Positions 34,933 through 42,461 of a stretch of DNA of 42,461 nucleotides are shown piece by piece (position 1 is the stretch's first letter; every line of letters starts with the position of its first letter). Source of the stretch: a virus. Under the pieces are notes generated by a model. The model was not told the origin of the DNA and did not search any database. It saw only the letters and a program-made list of their open reading frames with translations. The stretch lies in IMG/VR virus record IMGVR_UViG_3300005077_000099, positions 1 to 42,461 of that record. One strand, 5' to 3'. The position numbers and the translations under genes were made by a program.

Positions 34933-36126
34933 TTAAAATGTTAAATTGTCAAAATTTTCATCGTCAGATACAGGCTCCTCTAAGAATGCCTGTGATGCAG
35001 TTTTTATCTTTACTTCTGGTCTTTTATCACTTTCGGGGGCAATAGTAGTTCCAGCGTCTGGAATGCAAATAAGGTCTTTTACAAGTTCCTTACCTACTAA
35101 TTTCTCCATTGCTGGAATCCCTAATAGTTTAGGTCTCTGATAGATAGTATCTCCAAATTTCTCAAGGAGAACCTTCTCAGCGTGTTCTTCGCTGATATAC
35201 TTTCTATTAGATCTCTTAGCTACTAATTTGTAGTTTAATACTTTACCACCATTTACTAAAACAGTATATGCATAACGCTCAACAGAGTCAAGCCAATCTC
35301 TAATCATTGTTGCGTGATTTAGTATTGTGCTTAGCTCCAAACTATCCATTTTCTCTGCTGGAGGCAATGAAGCTGGACTAGTAACCACAGGCTCACTAAA
35401 AGCCATTTTAACAAGGCCTTGAACTTCTTCTTTAACCTTAGGGCATACTGCTTTAGCTTTACAAAATTTACAGTGATCACCTGTAACCATTTTAGGATTC
35501 TCTTCCTTGGTTTTTTTGATAGCGTAAAGTAAATCTTCCTTAAACTTCTCAATTCTCTCTGGTTTGCACACCCAAGATTTAATAGGATTATCTACTCTTG
35601 GCTGAACTATCGTAAGTTTAACCTTAGTGTACTCCCCACCTTGCATAGCTCCTAGAGCGTAGTACATCAATTGTTCATTATTCTCTGGAAATACCTGAAC
35701 TCCTTTACCGTACTTAAGATCAATAATCTCTAATGTTCCCATGAACTCTGAAATACAGGCATCGTTAGTCCCATATAGCCCCTCATGTATTTTAGATAGG
35801 TCAAATCTCTCTTCTATCAAAACGTCTTTAAGTTCCCCACGACCAGCTTTTCTAACGTAATCAACGTAAATCTGAACGTAGTTAGCCATTTCTTCATCTA
35901 CTTCGTGACCACAAAATTCTTCACCGATAAAGTCAATACAATCCTTATCAGATAGAAGAGCTTTCTCAGCTAATTCATGGGCACAAGTACCTTCAGCTGC
36001 ATAAGGTGAAGATTGATCTGGAATACCCTCAGACAACTTGATAGACGCTGGACAAGCCATCCATCTGTGTGATGAAGAGGCACTCCATACTGAGTGCGCT
36101 CTTTCTGAGTGGTTAATATTATCCAT
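34933..36126 (-). CDS. PD-(D/E)XK Cas4-like exonuclease (DUF2800-like)
   Basis: Contains SASSSHRWMACPAS, GTNDAC...IIDLKYGKGVQV...NNEQLMYYALGA and the C-terminal Cys cluster HCKFCKAKAVCP. The likely start is ATG 36126, which has GAGG 7 nt upstream and an 8-nt overlap with the upstream gene. Confidence 0.7.
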   Translation of the reverse strand: MDNINHSERAHSVWSASSSHRWMACPASIKLSEGIPDQSSPYAAEGTCAHELAEKALLSDKDCIDFIGEEFCGHEVDEEMANYVQIYVDYVRKAGRGELKDVLIEERFDLSKIHEGLYGTNDACISEFMGTLEIIDLKYGKGVQVFPENNEQLMYYALGAMQGGEYTKVKLTIVQPRVDNPIKSWVCKPERIEKFKEDLLYAIKKTKEENPKMVTGDHCKFCKAKAVCPKVKEEVQGLVKMAFSEPVVTSPASLPPAEKMDSLELSTILNHATMIRDWLDSVERYAYTVLVNGGKVLNYKLVAKRSNRKYISEEHAEKVLLEKFGDTIYQRPKLLGIPAMEKLVGKELVKDLICIPDAGTTIAPESDKRPEVKIKTASQAFLEEPVSDDENFDNLTF

Positions 36127-36577
36127 TGGCAACCTCTTCACATCTAGCAACTAATGTCCCATACAGGTTTTCTGGAAGTTCTGCTAGAGTAGCTACTCCA
36201 CCTACTTCTGTGATTAATGAAAGAGCTTTCTCTTTAGAATTAAATTTCTTAGCTACTAAGATTAAAGAAGCATTTACTTCGTCCTTAGTGTAAGTCTTAA
36301 CTACTTCAGCTGTCTTGGCTTTCTTGTTAGCTGGCTTAACAGTTTTCTTCTCTTTCTTAGGAGCTAAGTTCTCTTGAACTTCATCCACTTTCTTCTGAAT
36401 TTCTTCTGTTTGAGCCGCTAATGTCTCTCCTAAAGCGTTAGCAATAAATGCGTCAGCTTTTGATCTTGCGATGTTGGCATCGTCCTCTTCTGTAAGAGAT
36501 AACTTTACCATTACTTCCTTGTGTTCATAGTTTCCTAAATTTTTTCTTCTCATAATACTTAACTCTGAAATAAACAT
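36119..36577 (-). CDS. Hypothetical Lys-rich protein (152 aa)
   Basis: ORF inside the replication module with a central KKEKKTVKPANKKAK stretch. Confidence 0.55.
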   Translation of the reverse strand: MFISELSIMRRKNLGNYEHKEVMVKLSLTEEDDANIARSKADAFIANALGETLAAQTEEIQKKVDEVQENLAPKKEKKTVKPANKKAKTAEVVKTYTKDEVNASLILVAKKFNSKEKALSLITEVGGVATLAELPENLYGTLVARCEEVANG

Positions 36578-36589
36578 ACGCTTTTCTCC

Positions 36590-37876
36590 TTATACGATTT
36601 TGGATATTACATCCATCTTTGCTTTCAATGTCTTGATGATTGTTCTGTCAACATAACTACCAGCCATATAATGAATATGGCAAGAAAAATTTTGACCAAT
36701 TCTATGTATTCTTTTTAATGCCTGAGCATTATCTGCTGGCACCCAACTTAAGTCGTTGAATATTAAGTTGTTTGAAGCTGTCAAGGTAATACCTACTGAA
36801 GCAGACCCAATAGTGGCAACTAAAAAAGGTATTTCTCCAGCTTGAAATCTTTTCACAATTTCATGTCGCTTTTCCATTGACACGCTTCCATTTATAATTT
36901 CACTTCCCTTCAATTCACTAGCTATTGCATCCACTGGTTCTCTGTGATCCGAGAATATGACGACTGGTTTTCCAGACTCTCTATAAAGATTAAGTGCATA
37001 TTCTGCAGTAAATTTTGCTTTTGAAAGTGCCGATTTAGCCTTGACGGTAGAAATGTGTCCATCAACCTTTCCACGAAAGTTCTCGAACGCTTCCTTAAGA
37101 TCAGTATCCTTTCGTCCGTAGTCAACGAGTACGACCTTGTCTCGTAGCTCTGGGAGATCCATAACCTCAGCTGTCGTTCGTCTGATATATTTTCCTGTGA
37201 AATAACTTCGTAATTCTGTTTCATTTCGAAGACCTTCAAATTTTCTGATTTGGACTTGTCTGTTCTTAACTTTAATTCTATAGCTTCTTTCGTTGGAGAA
37301 GTGTCTAGCAAAATTGTAAGCAGATACGAATCGGTCGGTGATTGATTTTCCATTAGTTTTTTCCTTTGTATAAGACATTAGTTTCAATAGGGAATAAAAT
37401 TCCTCTACGTTATTCTTAACTGGTGTTCCTGTTAGTAAGTACAATCTTTCTGGTTTAAATTTCTCCACAAATATATGGAATACTTGTGTTCTATTAGACT
37501 TCATTGATTTCAGATAATGGGCTTCATCAGCGATAACCAATGAAGCCTTTTCGAATAGGCATTTGCAGGAAGCCAATCTCTCATAATTAACAATGGCAAC
37601 ATTCGCTGTCATTGCTAGTTGGATATCGCTATCCTTATTGACTATTACTACTTTAGCACCTTCTGTAAATTCCTCAATATCTGATTTCCAATTATATTTT
37701 AAAAATGCTGGAGTAACTACTACGGTAAATCCACCAAACTTGCAAGCTAGTGAAATTCCAATCAAAGTTTTACCAAGACCCTGCTCAAATCCATTAATTG
37801 AGTAATGGTGTTCACTATGGAAATTAACCGCCATTTCTTGATGTGGGAATAATTTTACCTCTTGACGTAGCTTCAT
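36590..37876 (-). CDS. SNF2-family (SF2) helicase/ATPase
   Basis: Motif I GLGKT, motif II DEAHYLK, motif III LTGTPVKN and motif VI QALKRIHRIGQ. Confidence 0.85.
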   Translation of the reverse strand: MKLRQEVKLFPHQEMAVNFHSEHHYSINGFEQGLGKTLIGISLACKFGGFTVVVTPAFLKYNWKSDIEEFTEGAKVVIVNKDSDIQLAMTANVAIVNYERLASCKCLFEKASLVIADEAHYLKSMKSNRTQVFHIFVEKFKPERLYLLTGTPVKNNVEEFYSLLKLMSYTKEKTNGKSITDRFVSAYNFARHFSNERSYRIKVKNRQVQIRKFEGLRNETELRSYFTGKYIRRTTAEVMDLPELRDKVVLVDYGRKDTDLKEAFENFRGKVDGHISTVKAKSALSKAKFTAEYALNLYRESGKPVVIFSDHREPVDAIASELKGSEIINGSVSMEKRHEIVKRFQAGEIPFLVATIGSASVGITLTASNNLIFNDLSWVPADNAQALKRIHRIGQNFSCHIHYMAGSYVDRTIIKTLKAKMDVISKIV

Positions 37877-38103
37877 TAAAACTCCATATCATCAAACATT
37901 GAACTTTCTAATTCTTCTGATTCTATACTGTATTTCTCTTTCACTTGCTTTAACGCTTCTTCTGTTTTCATTAAAGCTTCAATAATGTACCTACGTTGAT
38001 TAACTACATCCAAAGTGTTAACCATCTCCCTAACTTCCTCGGACAGTAGGAACAGTTCTTCCGCAAATTTAACCTGATCATCTAATTCTCTTACCCTACT
38101 CAT
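37876..38103 (-). CDS. Small acidic protein (75 aa)
   Basis: ATGA-type coupling at both ends. It ends ELESSMFDDMEF. Confidence 0.55.
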   Translation of the reverse strand: MSRVRELDDQVKFAEELFLLSEEVREMVNTLDVVNQRRYIIEALMKTEEALKQVKEKYSIESEELESSMFDDMEF

Positions 38104-40214
38104 TAGAATACCAATTCCCCTAAATCTTCTTTCTCGAAGTATTTACTAAATTTTTTATAGTCGTCTATTGAACGCTCATCGATATATACGCCCTGATATT
38201 TTGCATTAAGTCCATAAACCTTGCCATCAGCTCCAGTGTAATTAATAGTACTGTCATCCACCATATTGCTAAATTGATTACCCCAAATATCAGCGTCAAG
38301 TCGGACAGTAGCTTTACAATACGTCTTTTTGTCGAAGTAGAACCTGAAAGCTTTATCCATACATTCTGCAAGTATTCGTACAGATTCATGGCAATTACCG
38401 CTATCAAACTCAATATAAATAGCGTCATGAAGAGTGTAAATAACATCTAATCCTCCCTCTTGAGCAAGCTCTACAGCTTTCCTCATAATACAGCTACCGA
38501 ACCCTTGGATGGGTACGTTGCCTACTGATCTAAAATTATCGTTATCCCCCCACATATACCATCCGTCAGGGAGCTTAATATATCTGTAATTTCTATAGTC
38601 TCTAAGAAGCTTAACTTTCCATGCCCAGAATTTTTTATACGCTTTCTTATGCTTCTCAATCCACTTCAATGCCTCTTCGGGTGTTACCCTTCTGCCGAAT
38701 TTTTCAGATAGGTCAATAGCAAGTCCATACTCCGACATATCATATGAAAGTCCGAGCACAACGGCCTTACACTCATCTCTTTCCTTTTTATGAGTCGCTC
38801 TAGTTCCATCTTTAGGTATGTATCCAATAGACTTTCCGAAAGCGAGATAAACGTCGCCTGATTCGTATGCTTTAAGCATTTCTTCATCGCCAGAAAGAAG
38901 TGCTGCAAGTAAGAACTCTTGGGAAGCAAAATCGATACCACATATAGCCCTACCGCTGGGTGCTTGGATAAGACTTCGCATCCAAGCTGCTTTAAGGGGG
39001 ATAAATCCAGAAGCAGAGGGTTGACTCCTAGCCGATTGTGCACCGTAAATTCCCATGTAAGGTCTGACCCTTCCATCTCTACCCACATTATTCCAGAATG
39101 ATTTTCCTTTGTCTGATTGTACGAATCCATTTAACCCCTGCTTTAGTTTTAAGTATCTTTGCATTTGTGCTATAAAATTACCCTCTGGGTAACTATGTCT
39201 ATATGATATCGGCTTTTGGAATGCCTTTAATGATAGGGATAGGTCTTTAATTTTTTTCTTTCCACCATCAGTTAAAGTCCATCCTTTAAATCCAGAATCT
39301 TTAATCCATTTTCTTAACTCGTCTCTTGTTAACTTCTGATCCCAAGATAAGTCAAAAGGTTTCTTCTTTGACTTAGCTCTAAATATAGGAAGTTTTAAAT
39401 TTCTATTTATATCTACTTGGCATTCCCATATTATATTACCTACTTGAGAGCTAAAGTTTTTAGTCTTTTCGTAGTCAATAGGGTAACCAAGTCGCTCCAT
39501 TATTGCTGTTCTTACCGAGTACTTAGACCTATTATACATTTCTGGGATAAGAGTTTTTATATCAAACTTTCTCCCTAGAAGCCTCTTATACTCAAGTACC
39601 ATGCGATCAAACATAGGCTCTAGGTGTTCAGTATCAGAAGCACAATAGGTTAATATATCGTCTTTCCTGTCCACCATAGCTTGGATTTTATCCTCATCCC
39701 CACTATTACAAGCTATAATAAGATCTCTTATCTCTTTTTTAAATTCACTATCAATTACAATACCTAAAGTCTTATAGACAGCTGCCCCATAACCATATTC
39801 TTGTTTCTGAGATTCAGCTTTCTTCTCGTCCTCTTCTGTAGTCCTCTGCCATTTAGGTAAAGGTCTCTTTGTAAAAGTCTTTCTCCCCTTGATTAACTGC
39901 TTACCATAAGCATAGTTATCATTATGGTTAGAAAGACAGCGATACTCCAAATAGTTATCTATCCACTTGATAGATAATGGACTACCGCCGAGTGATATAA
40001 CTGAGGAGGCTTCTGCCACCACGTTATAGGCTAAGAAAATATACCCTTCCTTGGAGAGCATATTTATATATGATAGGCATTCTTCCTGTGCCTCTGGATT
40101 TCCATGAGTCCAAATTTTCTTAACTACATTATCATGTCTAATTACCGAACATACAATATTTAATTTGGCTTCTGCCGTATCGTAATATTCAAAGTCTATT
40201 GAGGCTAGTTTCAT
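38103..40214 (-). CDS. Family A DNA polymerase with N-terminal 3'-5' exonuclease domain
   Basis: Exo I SIDFEY, motif A CGIDFASQEF, motif B KAVVLGLSYDMSEYGL and motif C YTLHDAIYIEF. Confidence 0.9.
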   Translation of the reverse strand: MKLASIDFEYYDTAEAKLNIVCSVIRHDNVVKKIWTHGNPEAQEECLSYINMLSKEGYIFLAYNVVAEASSVISLGGSPLSIKWIDNYLEYRCLSNHNDNYAYGKQLIKGRKTFTKRPLPKWQRTTEEDEKKAESQKQEYGYGAAVYKTLGIVIDSEFKKEIRDLIIACNSGDEDKIQAMVDRKDDILTYCASDTEHLEPMFDRMVLEYKRLLGRKFDIKTLIPEMYNRSKYSVRTAIMERLGYPIDYEKTKNFSSQVGNIIWECQVDINRNLKLPIFRAKSKKKPFDLSWDQKLTRDELRKWIKDSGFKGWTLTDGGKKKIKDLSLSLKAFQKPISYRHSYPEGNFIAQMQRYLKLKQGLNGFVQSDKGKSFWNNVGRDGRVRPYMGIYGAQSARSQPSASGFIPLKAAWMRSLIQAPSGRAICGIDFASQEFLLAALLSGDEEMLKAYESGDVYLAFGKSIGYIPKDGTRATHKKERDECKAVVLGLSYDMSEYGLAIDLSEKFGRRVTPEEALKWIEKHKKAYKKFWAWKVKLLRDYRNYRYIKLPDGWYMWGDNDNFRSVGNVPIQGFGSCIMRKAVELAQEGGLDVIYTLHDAIYIEFDSGNCHESVRILAECMDKAFRFYFDKKTYCKATVRLDADIWGNQFSNMVDDSTINYTGADGKVYGLNAKYQGVYIDERSIDDYKKFSKYFEKEDLGELVF

Positions 40215-40237
40215 AATAACCCTTGTATTTTATCTTT

Positions 40238-40321
40238 TTATTGAATAGCTAAAATAGTTGTAAATACCAAGCCACAAGTTGCGTACCCAATAAAAAATGC
40301 AACCCAAAACTCATACTTCAT
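40238..40321 (-). CDS. 27-aa hydrophobic peptide (below the ORF-track cutoff)
   Basis: My translation is MKYEFWVAFFIGYATCGLVFTTILAIQ. GGGGAG lies 3 nt before the ATG. It fills the 120-nt gap upstream of the polymerase gene. Confidence 0.35.
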   Translation of the reverse strand: MKYEFWVAFFIGYATCGLVFTTILAIQ

Positions 40322-40334
40322 TTGCTCCCCTTAT

Positions 40335-40982
40335 CTATTCGTTTATTTTGTATTTTGCTAAATATTCTCTAGCTTTAAGACCATATTCAAGATTGCAGTC
40401 AACACTGTGATGCTTTGAAACTATTAAAGCACGTTCACACTTTTCATCGCAAATTCGCTCGTAATCATCGCTAAATTCTGGAACGGTATCTTCACTATAG
40501 AACTCAATAACACTTTCAGCCTCTTTTAATCTAATATTTTGCTCATAAAACATTTCTTTATATTTTTCATTGTATGCAAATTTTTCACAAGCATCTTTCA
40601 ACTGCTCTTTCAGCTTTGCGTTTTCTTGTTCGAGTTGTTGAATATCGTTTTTTAGTTTTTTATATGTCTCAGGGGAAGATTCTTTTAAACCCATTGATTC
40701 TTTTGACATTAATTCATAAAAAGCGTCTTCAATTATTTTTCTATCATGTTTTGAAGTAATAGGTGTTGATGTATAAATAGCATCACTCTTAATTTTATAA
40801 GTTTTCATTATCTTTGTTTTGAATCTTGTTATAAGCCTATTAAACTCTATTCCATTAATATACTTAGTTCTTTCTATGATTTTTTCATTAACATCGAACT
40901 GCGCACTATTGTGAAATTCTTCCATAGCCTCTGCATGAAATCTTTCTATTGGTGATGTTATGTAATTTTCCCATTCACTCAC
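40335..40982 (-). CDS. Hypothetical coiled-coil protein (215 aa)
   Basis: ORF in operon context. Contains QQLEQENAKLKEQLKDACEKF. Confidence 0.6.
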   Translation of the reverse strand: MSEWENYITSPIERFHAEAMEEFHNSAQFDVNEKIIERTKYINGIEFNRLITRFKTKIMKTYKIKSDAIYTSTPITSKHDRKIIEDAFYELMSKESMGLKESSPETYKKLKNDIQQLEQENAKLKEQLKDACEKFAYNEKYKEMFYEQNIRLKEAESVIEFYSEDTVPEFSDDYERICDEKCERALIVSKHHSVDCNLEYGLKAREYLAKYKINE

Positions 40983-41205
40983 TTGATTGCTCCTTTATTA
41001 ACCACAAACTTATATTTTCAACTAAATACAATGCCTCGTTCCTTGTAAAATTAAACGTAAATCTATTGTTTGAAATAAAACACTCAAAAGCAATCTCATT
41101 ATTACTATGAGCAACTATTCTAAAACCCTCTTGCACGTTTAATTTAACCGACTTTCCAATACTATCCATATTATTAATGCAATATTTCTGTTTTCTTACT
41201 CTCAT
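40975..41205 (-). CDS. Hypothetical early protein (76 aa)
   Basis: ORF in operon context with an 8-nt overlap downstream. Confidence 0.55.
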   Translation of the reverse strand: MRVRKQKYCINNMDSIGKSVKLNVQEGFRIVAHSNNEIAFECFISNNRFTFNFTRNEALYLVENISLWLIKEQSSE

Positions 41206-41213
41206 AATTACAC

Positions 41214-41552
41214 CTACTCCTCATCAATCTCATACTCAAATCTAACGTGTTCACAAGCTATCAAATTATCATTTGCATATTTATCAACATTTTCTTTTGT
41301 TAAACCTATGCACATATCGCCATCTTTATAAATATTAATCCACCGCTCAACCACAAGTTTCTTTTTTGGTTTTTTGATTTTCCAGTGTTTTAAATTTTTA
41401 ATACAACCTAAGTGCTCAAAATTGTTATCTAACTCTTTGTAAAAAAAAGCCTCGTCATCCATTGCTAGAATTTGAATAGTTTTGTAACCCTTTCGCTCCA
41501 ACACATCACCAACTTTATAAGTAATTCCATCAATTGTTATTTCTGTTTTCAT
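41214..41552 (-). CDS. Hypothetical early protein (112 aa)
   Basis: ORF with an ATGA overlap to the upstream gene. Confidence 0.55.
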   Translation of the reverse strand: MKTEITIDGITYKVGDVLERKGYKTIQILAMDDEAFFYKELDNNFEHLGCIKNLKHWKIKKPKKKLVVERWINIYKDGDMCIGLTKENVDKYANDNLIACEHVRFEYEIDEE

Positions 41553-41776
41553 TGTTTATCCTTTTTAATAGCTTCGATTGACGATAAATATTTTTCTATT
41601 TCTTTGTTTAATACTCTTAGTTTGTCATCACTTAAACAAAGAAGCTTTAATTGCTTTCTTCCTTTCTCTACTTTTTCAATATCAAATTCATATATACACC
41701 CAAACACAAATTTATCCCTGTACTTACTTGTAAAAATTTTATCTTTTCCATCAAAAAAATCTATATTGAATTTCAT
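41549..41776 (-). CDS. Hypothetical early protein (75 aa)
   Basis: RBS GGGGG lies before the ATG at 41776. Confidence 0.55.
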   Translation of the reverse strand: MKFNIDFFDGKDKIFTSKYRDKFVFGCIYEFDIEKVEKGRKQLKLLCLSDDKLRVLNKEIEKYLSSIEAIKKDKQ

Positions 41777-41907
41777 ATCTCAACCCCCTTTTGTATTATT
41801 CATAAAATGTTTGTAGCACATATTAATAAAATCACCATACATACCTATTTGCTCGTTAGTATAACCTTCTTTAAATCCAATTTGCTCAAATGTTTCTTTC
41901 CATTCTG

Positions 41908-42204
41908 TTATTGGCCAAGATCGGCATAGCTAAGATTGGCATAGCTAAGATTGGCAGAGCCAAGATCGGCATATCGAAGATCGGCAGAGCGAAGATCGGC
42001 AAAGCTAAGATCGGCATAGCGAAGATCGGCAGAGCGAAGATCGGCAAAGCTAAGATCGGCATAGCGAAGATCGGCAAAGCTAAGATCGGCATAGCGAAGT
42101 GGTCTCTTTTCCTTTATTGCTTGCATAACAGCCTGTTTAATATTATCAGCTTCACACTCGTATATTACTGAACCATCATATCTGTTTTTAATTTGTATTT
42201 TCAT
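41908..42204 (-). CDS. Pentapeptide-repeat protein (98 aa; 12 consecutive A(D/N)LXX units)
   Basis: The sequence is MKIQIKNRYDGSVIYECEADNIKQAVMQAIKEKRPLRY followed by ADLSF ADLRY ADLSF ADLRS ADLRY ADLSF ADLRS ADLRY ADLGS ANLSY ANLSY ADLGQ. It has an ATGA overlap with the upstream gene. Confidence 0.85.
   Translation of the reverse strand: MKIQIKNRYDGSVIYECEADNIKQAVMQAIKEKRPLRYADLSFADLRYADLSFADLRSADLRYADLSFADLRSADLRYADLGSANLSYANLSYADLGQ
41917..42096. repeat. 12 tandem 15-bp units (aagatcggcaNagcN), including an exact 45-bp block duplication
   Basis: Read directly. 41977-42021 equals 42022-42066 exactly. Ten GATC sites fall within these 180 bp. Confidence 0.95.
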
Positions 42205-42461
42205 ATTTCAATCCCTTTTTGTTTACAGTATTCTGTTATAACCATCATTCTGAATAGATTAGCTTCTATTCTTGTTTCATCGAAAAAATGCACATATTTA
42301 ATTGAATGGATACTGTGTTTAAGTATCTTCTTTTTTACTAAAAATTCTCCATAATCAAGTGGCATGCGTGAGCAAGTTGAAATTGAACTACCATCTGTGC
42401 AACAATATTCAAGTTTATTAATACAACTTAATGCCATTTTCTTAATCTTTGATTTTTTCAT
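42201..42461 (-). CDS. Hypothetical Cys-rich early protein (86 aa)
   Basis: ATG at 42461, equivalent to base 99. Contains SCINKLEYCCTDGSSISTCS. Its 5' end is the terminal-overlap sequence. Confidence 0.6.
   Translation of the reverse strand: MKKSKIKKMALSCINKLEYCCTDGSSISTCSRMPLDYGEFLVKKKILKHSIHSIKYVHFFDETRIEANLFRMMVITEYCKQKGIEI
42363..42461. repeat. Second copy of the 99-bp terminal overlap (identical to 1-99)
   Basis: Exact identity read directly. Confidence 0.9.

Noticed and set aside
36922-39130. Out-of-frame ORFs inside the SNF2 helicase and DNA polymerase genes (36922..37353, 38165..38446, 38684..39130, 38919..39101, 37593..37805)
   Set aside because: They are embedded in genes with complete catalytic motif sets. 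They lack starts with an RBS and arise from AT-rich codon bias.
41777-41907. 131-nt gap after the pentapeptide gene contains an open frame (WPITEWKETFEQIGFKEGYTNEQIGMYGDFINMCYKHFMNNTKGG), a possible small gene or frameshifted C-terminal extension
   Set aside because: There is no ATG with an RBS; the only ATG would give 20 aa without an SD. That frame is closed by TGA/TAG inside the repeat, and no slippery site is evident. It may simply be an untranslated spacer or hold a weak internal promoter.
41917-42096. Regularly spaced short repeats that could look like a CRISPR array
   Set aside because: The period is 15 bp with no unique spacers, and the array is in-frame coding sequence. No cas genes or leader are present.
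41886-42171. ORFs 41886..42092 (-) MPILALPIF... and 41890..42171 (+) AKIGIAKIG...
   Set aside because: These are the other reading frames or strand of the 15-bp pentapeptide repeat. Only the ADLXX frame has a non-repetitive N-terminal domain, an ATGA-coupled start and a recognisable protein family.
1-42461. tRNA, rRNA or tmRNA genes
   Set aside because: I found no cloverleaf-compatible segment with a GTTCGAATC-type T-arm in any intergenic region. All gaps above 60 nt are accounted for by the elements described above.

Overview
The window appears to be one complete, AT-rich tailed dsDNA phage genome. Bases 1-99 are an exact copy of 42363-42461, so the contig closes on itself and the unique length is 42362 bp. 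Genes are tightly packed and mostly preceded by AGGAG/GGAG ribosome-binding sites. Two arms diverge from a switch region at about 5.47-5.67 kb and converge at 32615-32652.

The rightward (+) arm, 5669-32652, holds packaging, lysis and virion genes:
- an HTH/small-terminase-like protein, an M15-type endolysin and the large terminase
- portal, an acidic scaffold and the major capsid followed by a terminator
- about 25 virion and tail proteins, including a fibre with 201-bp tandem repeats and an 804-aa receptor-binding-like protein
- Gly-rich and large presumed internal virion proteins, and an embedded GNAT
- an overlapped spanin-like pair and a metallophosphoesterase

The leftward (-) arm runs 5471 -> 1, then wraps from 42461 -> 32615. 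It holds early and replication genes:
- small ORFans and a lipoprotein
- a D5/VirE-like SF3 helicase
- a 98-aa pentapeptide-repeat protein
- a family A DNA polymerase, an SNF2 helicase, a Cas4-like PD-(D/E)XK nuclease and a gp2.5-like SSB
- a terminal module of XRE HTH, HExxH protein, J-domain protein and a 178-aa protein

One HNH endonuclease lies antisense inside the early arm. I saw no tRNA, rRNA, CRISPR array, integrase, phage RNA polymerase, tape measure or tail sheath. That suggests a lytic, podovirus-like phage. The host is probably Gram-negative, because sigma70-like promoters, strong SD use and spanin candidates are all present.

The most notable observations are:
- the pentapeptide-repeat (DNA-mimic fold) early gene, built from a recently expanded 15-bp repeat
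- the coupled HTH/HExxH/J-domain module
- a CUU-UAA-C +1 frameshift candidate that splits a large tail gene
- a repeat-dense 617-bp noncoding region that could be an origin and contains a candidate small RNA
- a tandem 47-bp element ahead of the late arm
- acidic, Phe-terminated tails shared by the replication proteins

All functional calls rest on motifs read by eye. No homology search was possible.
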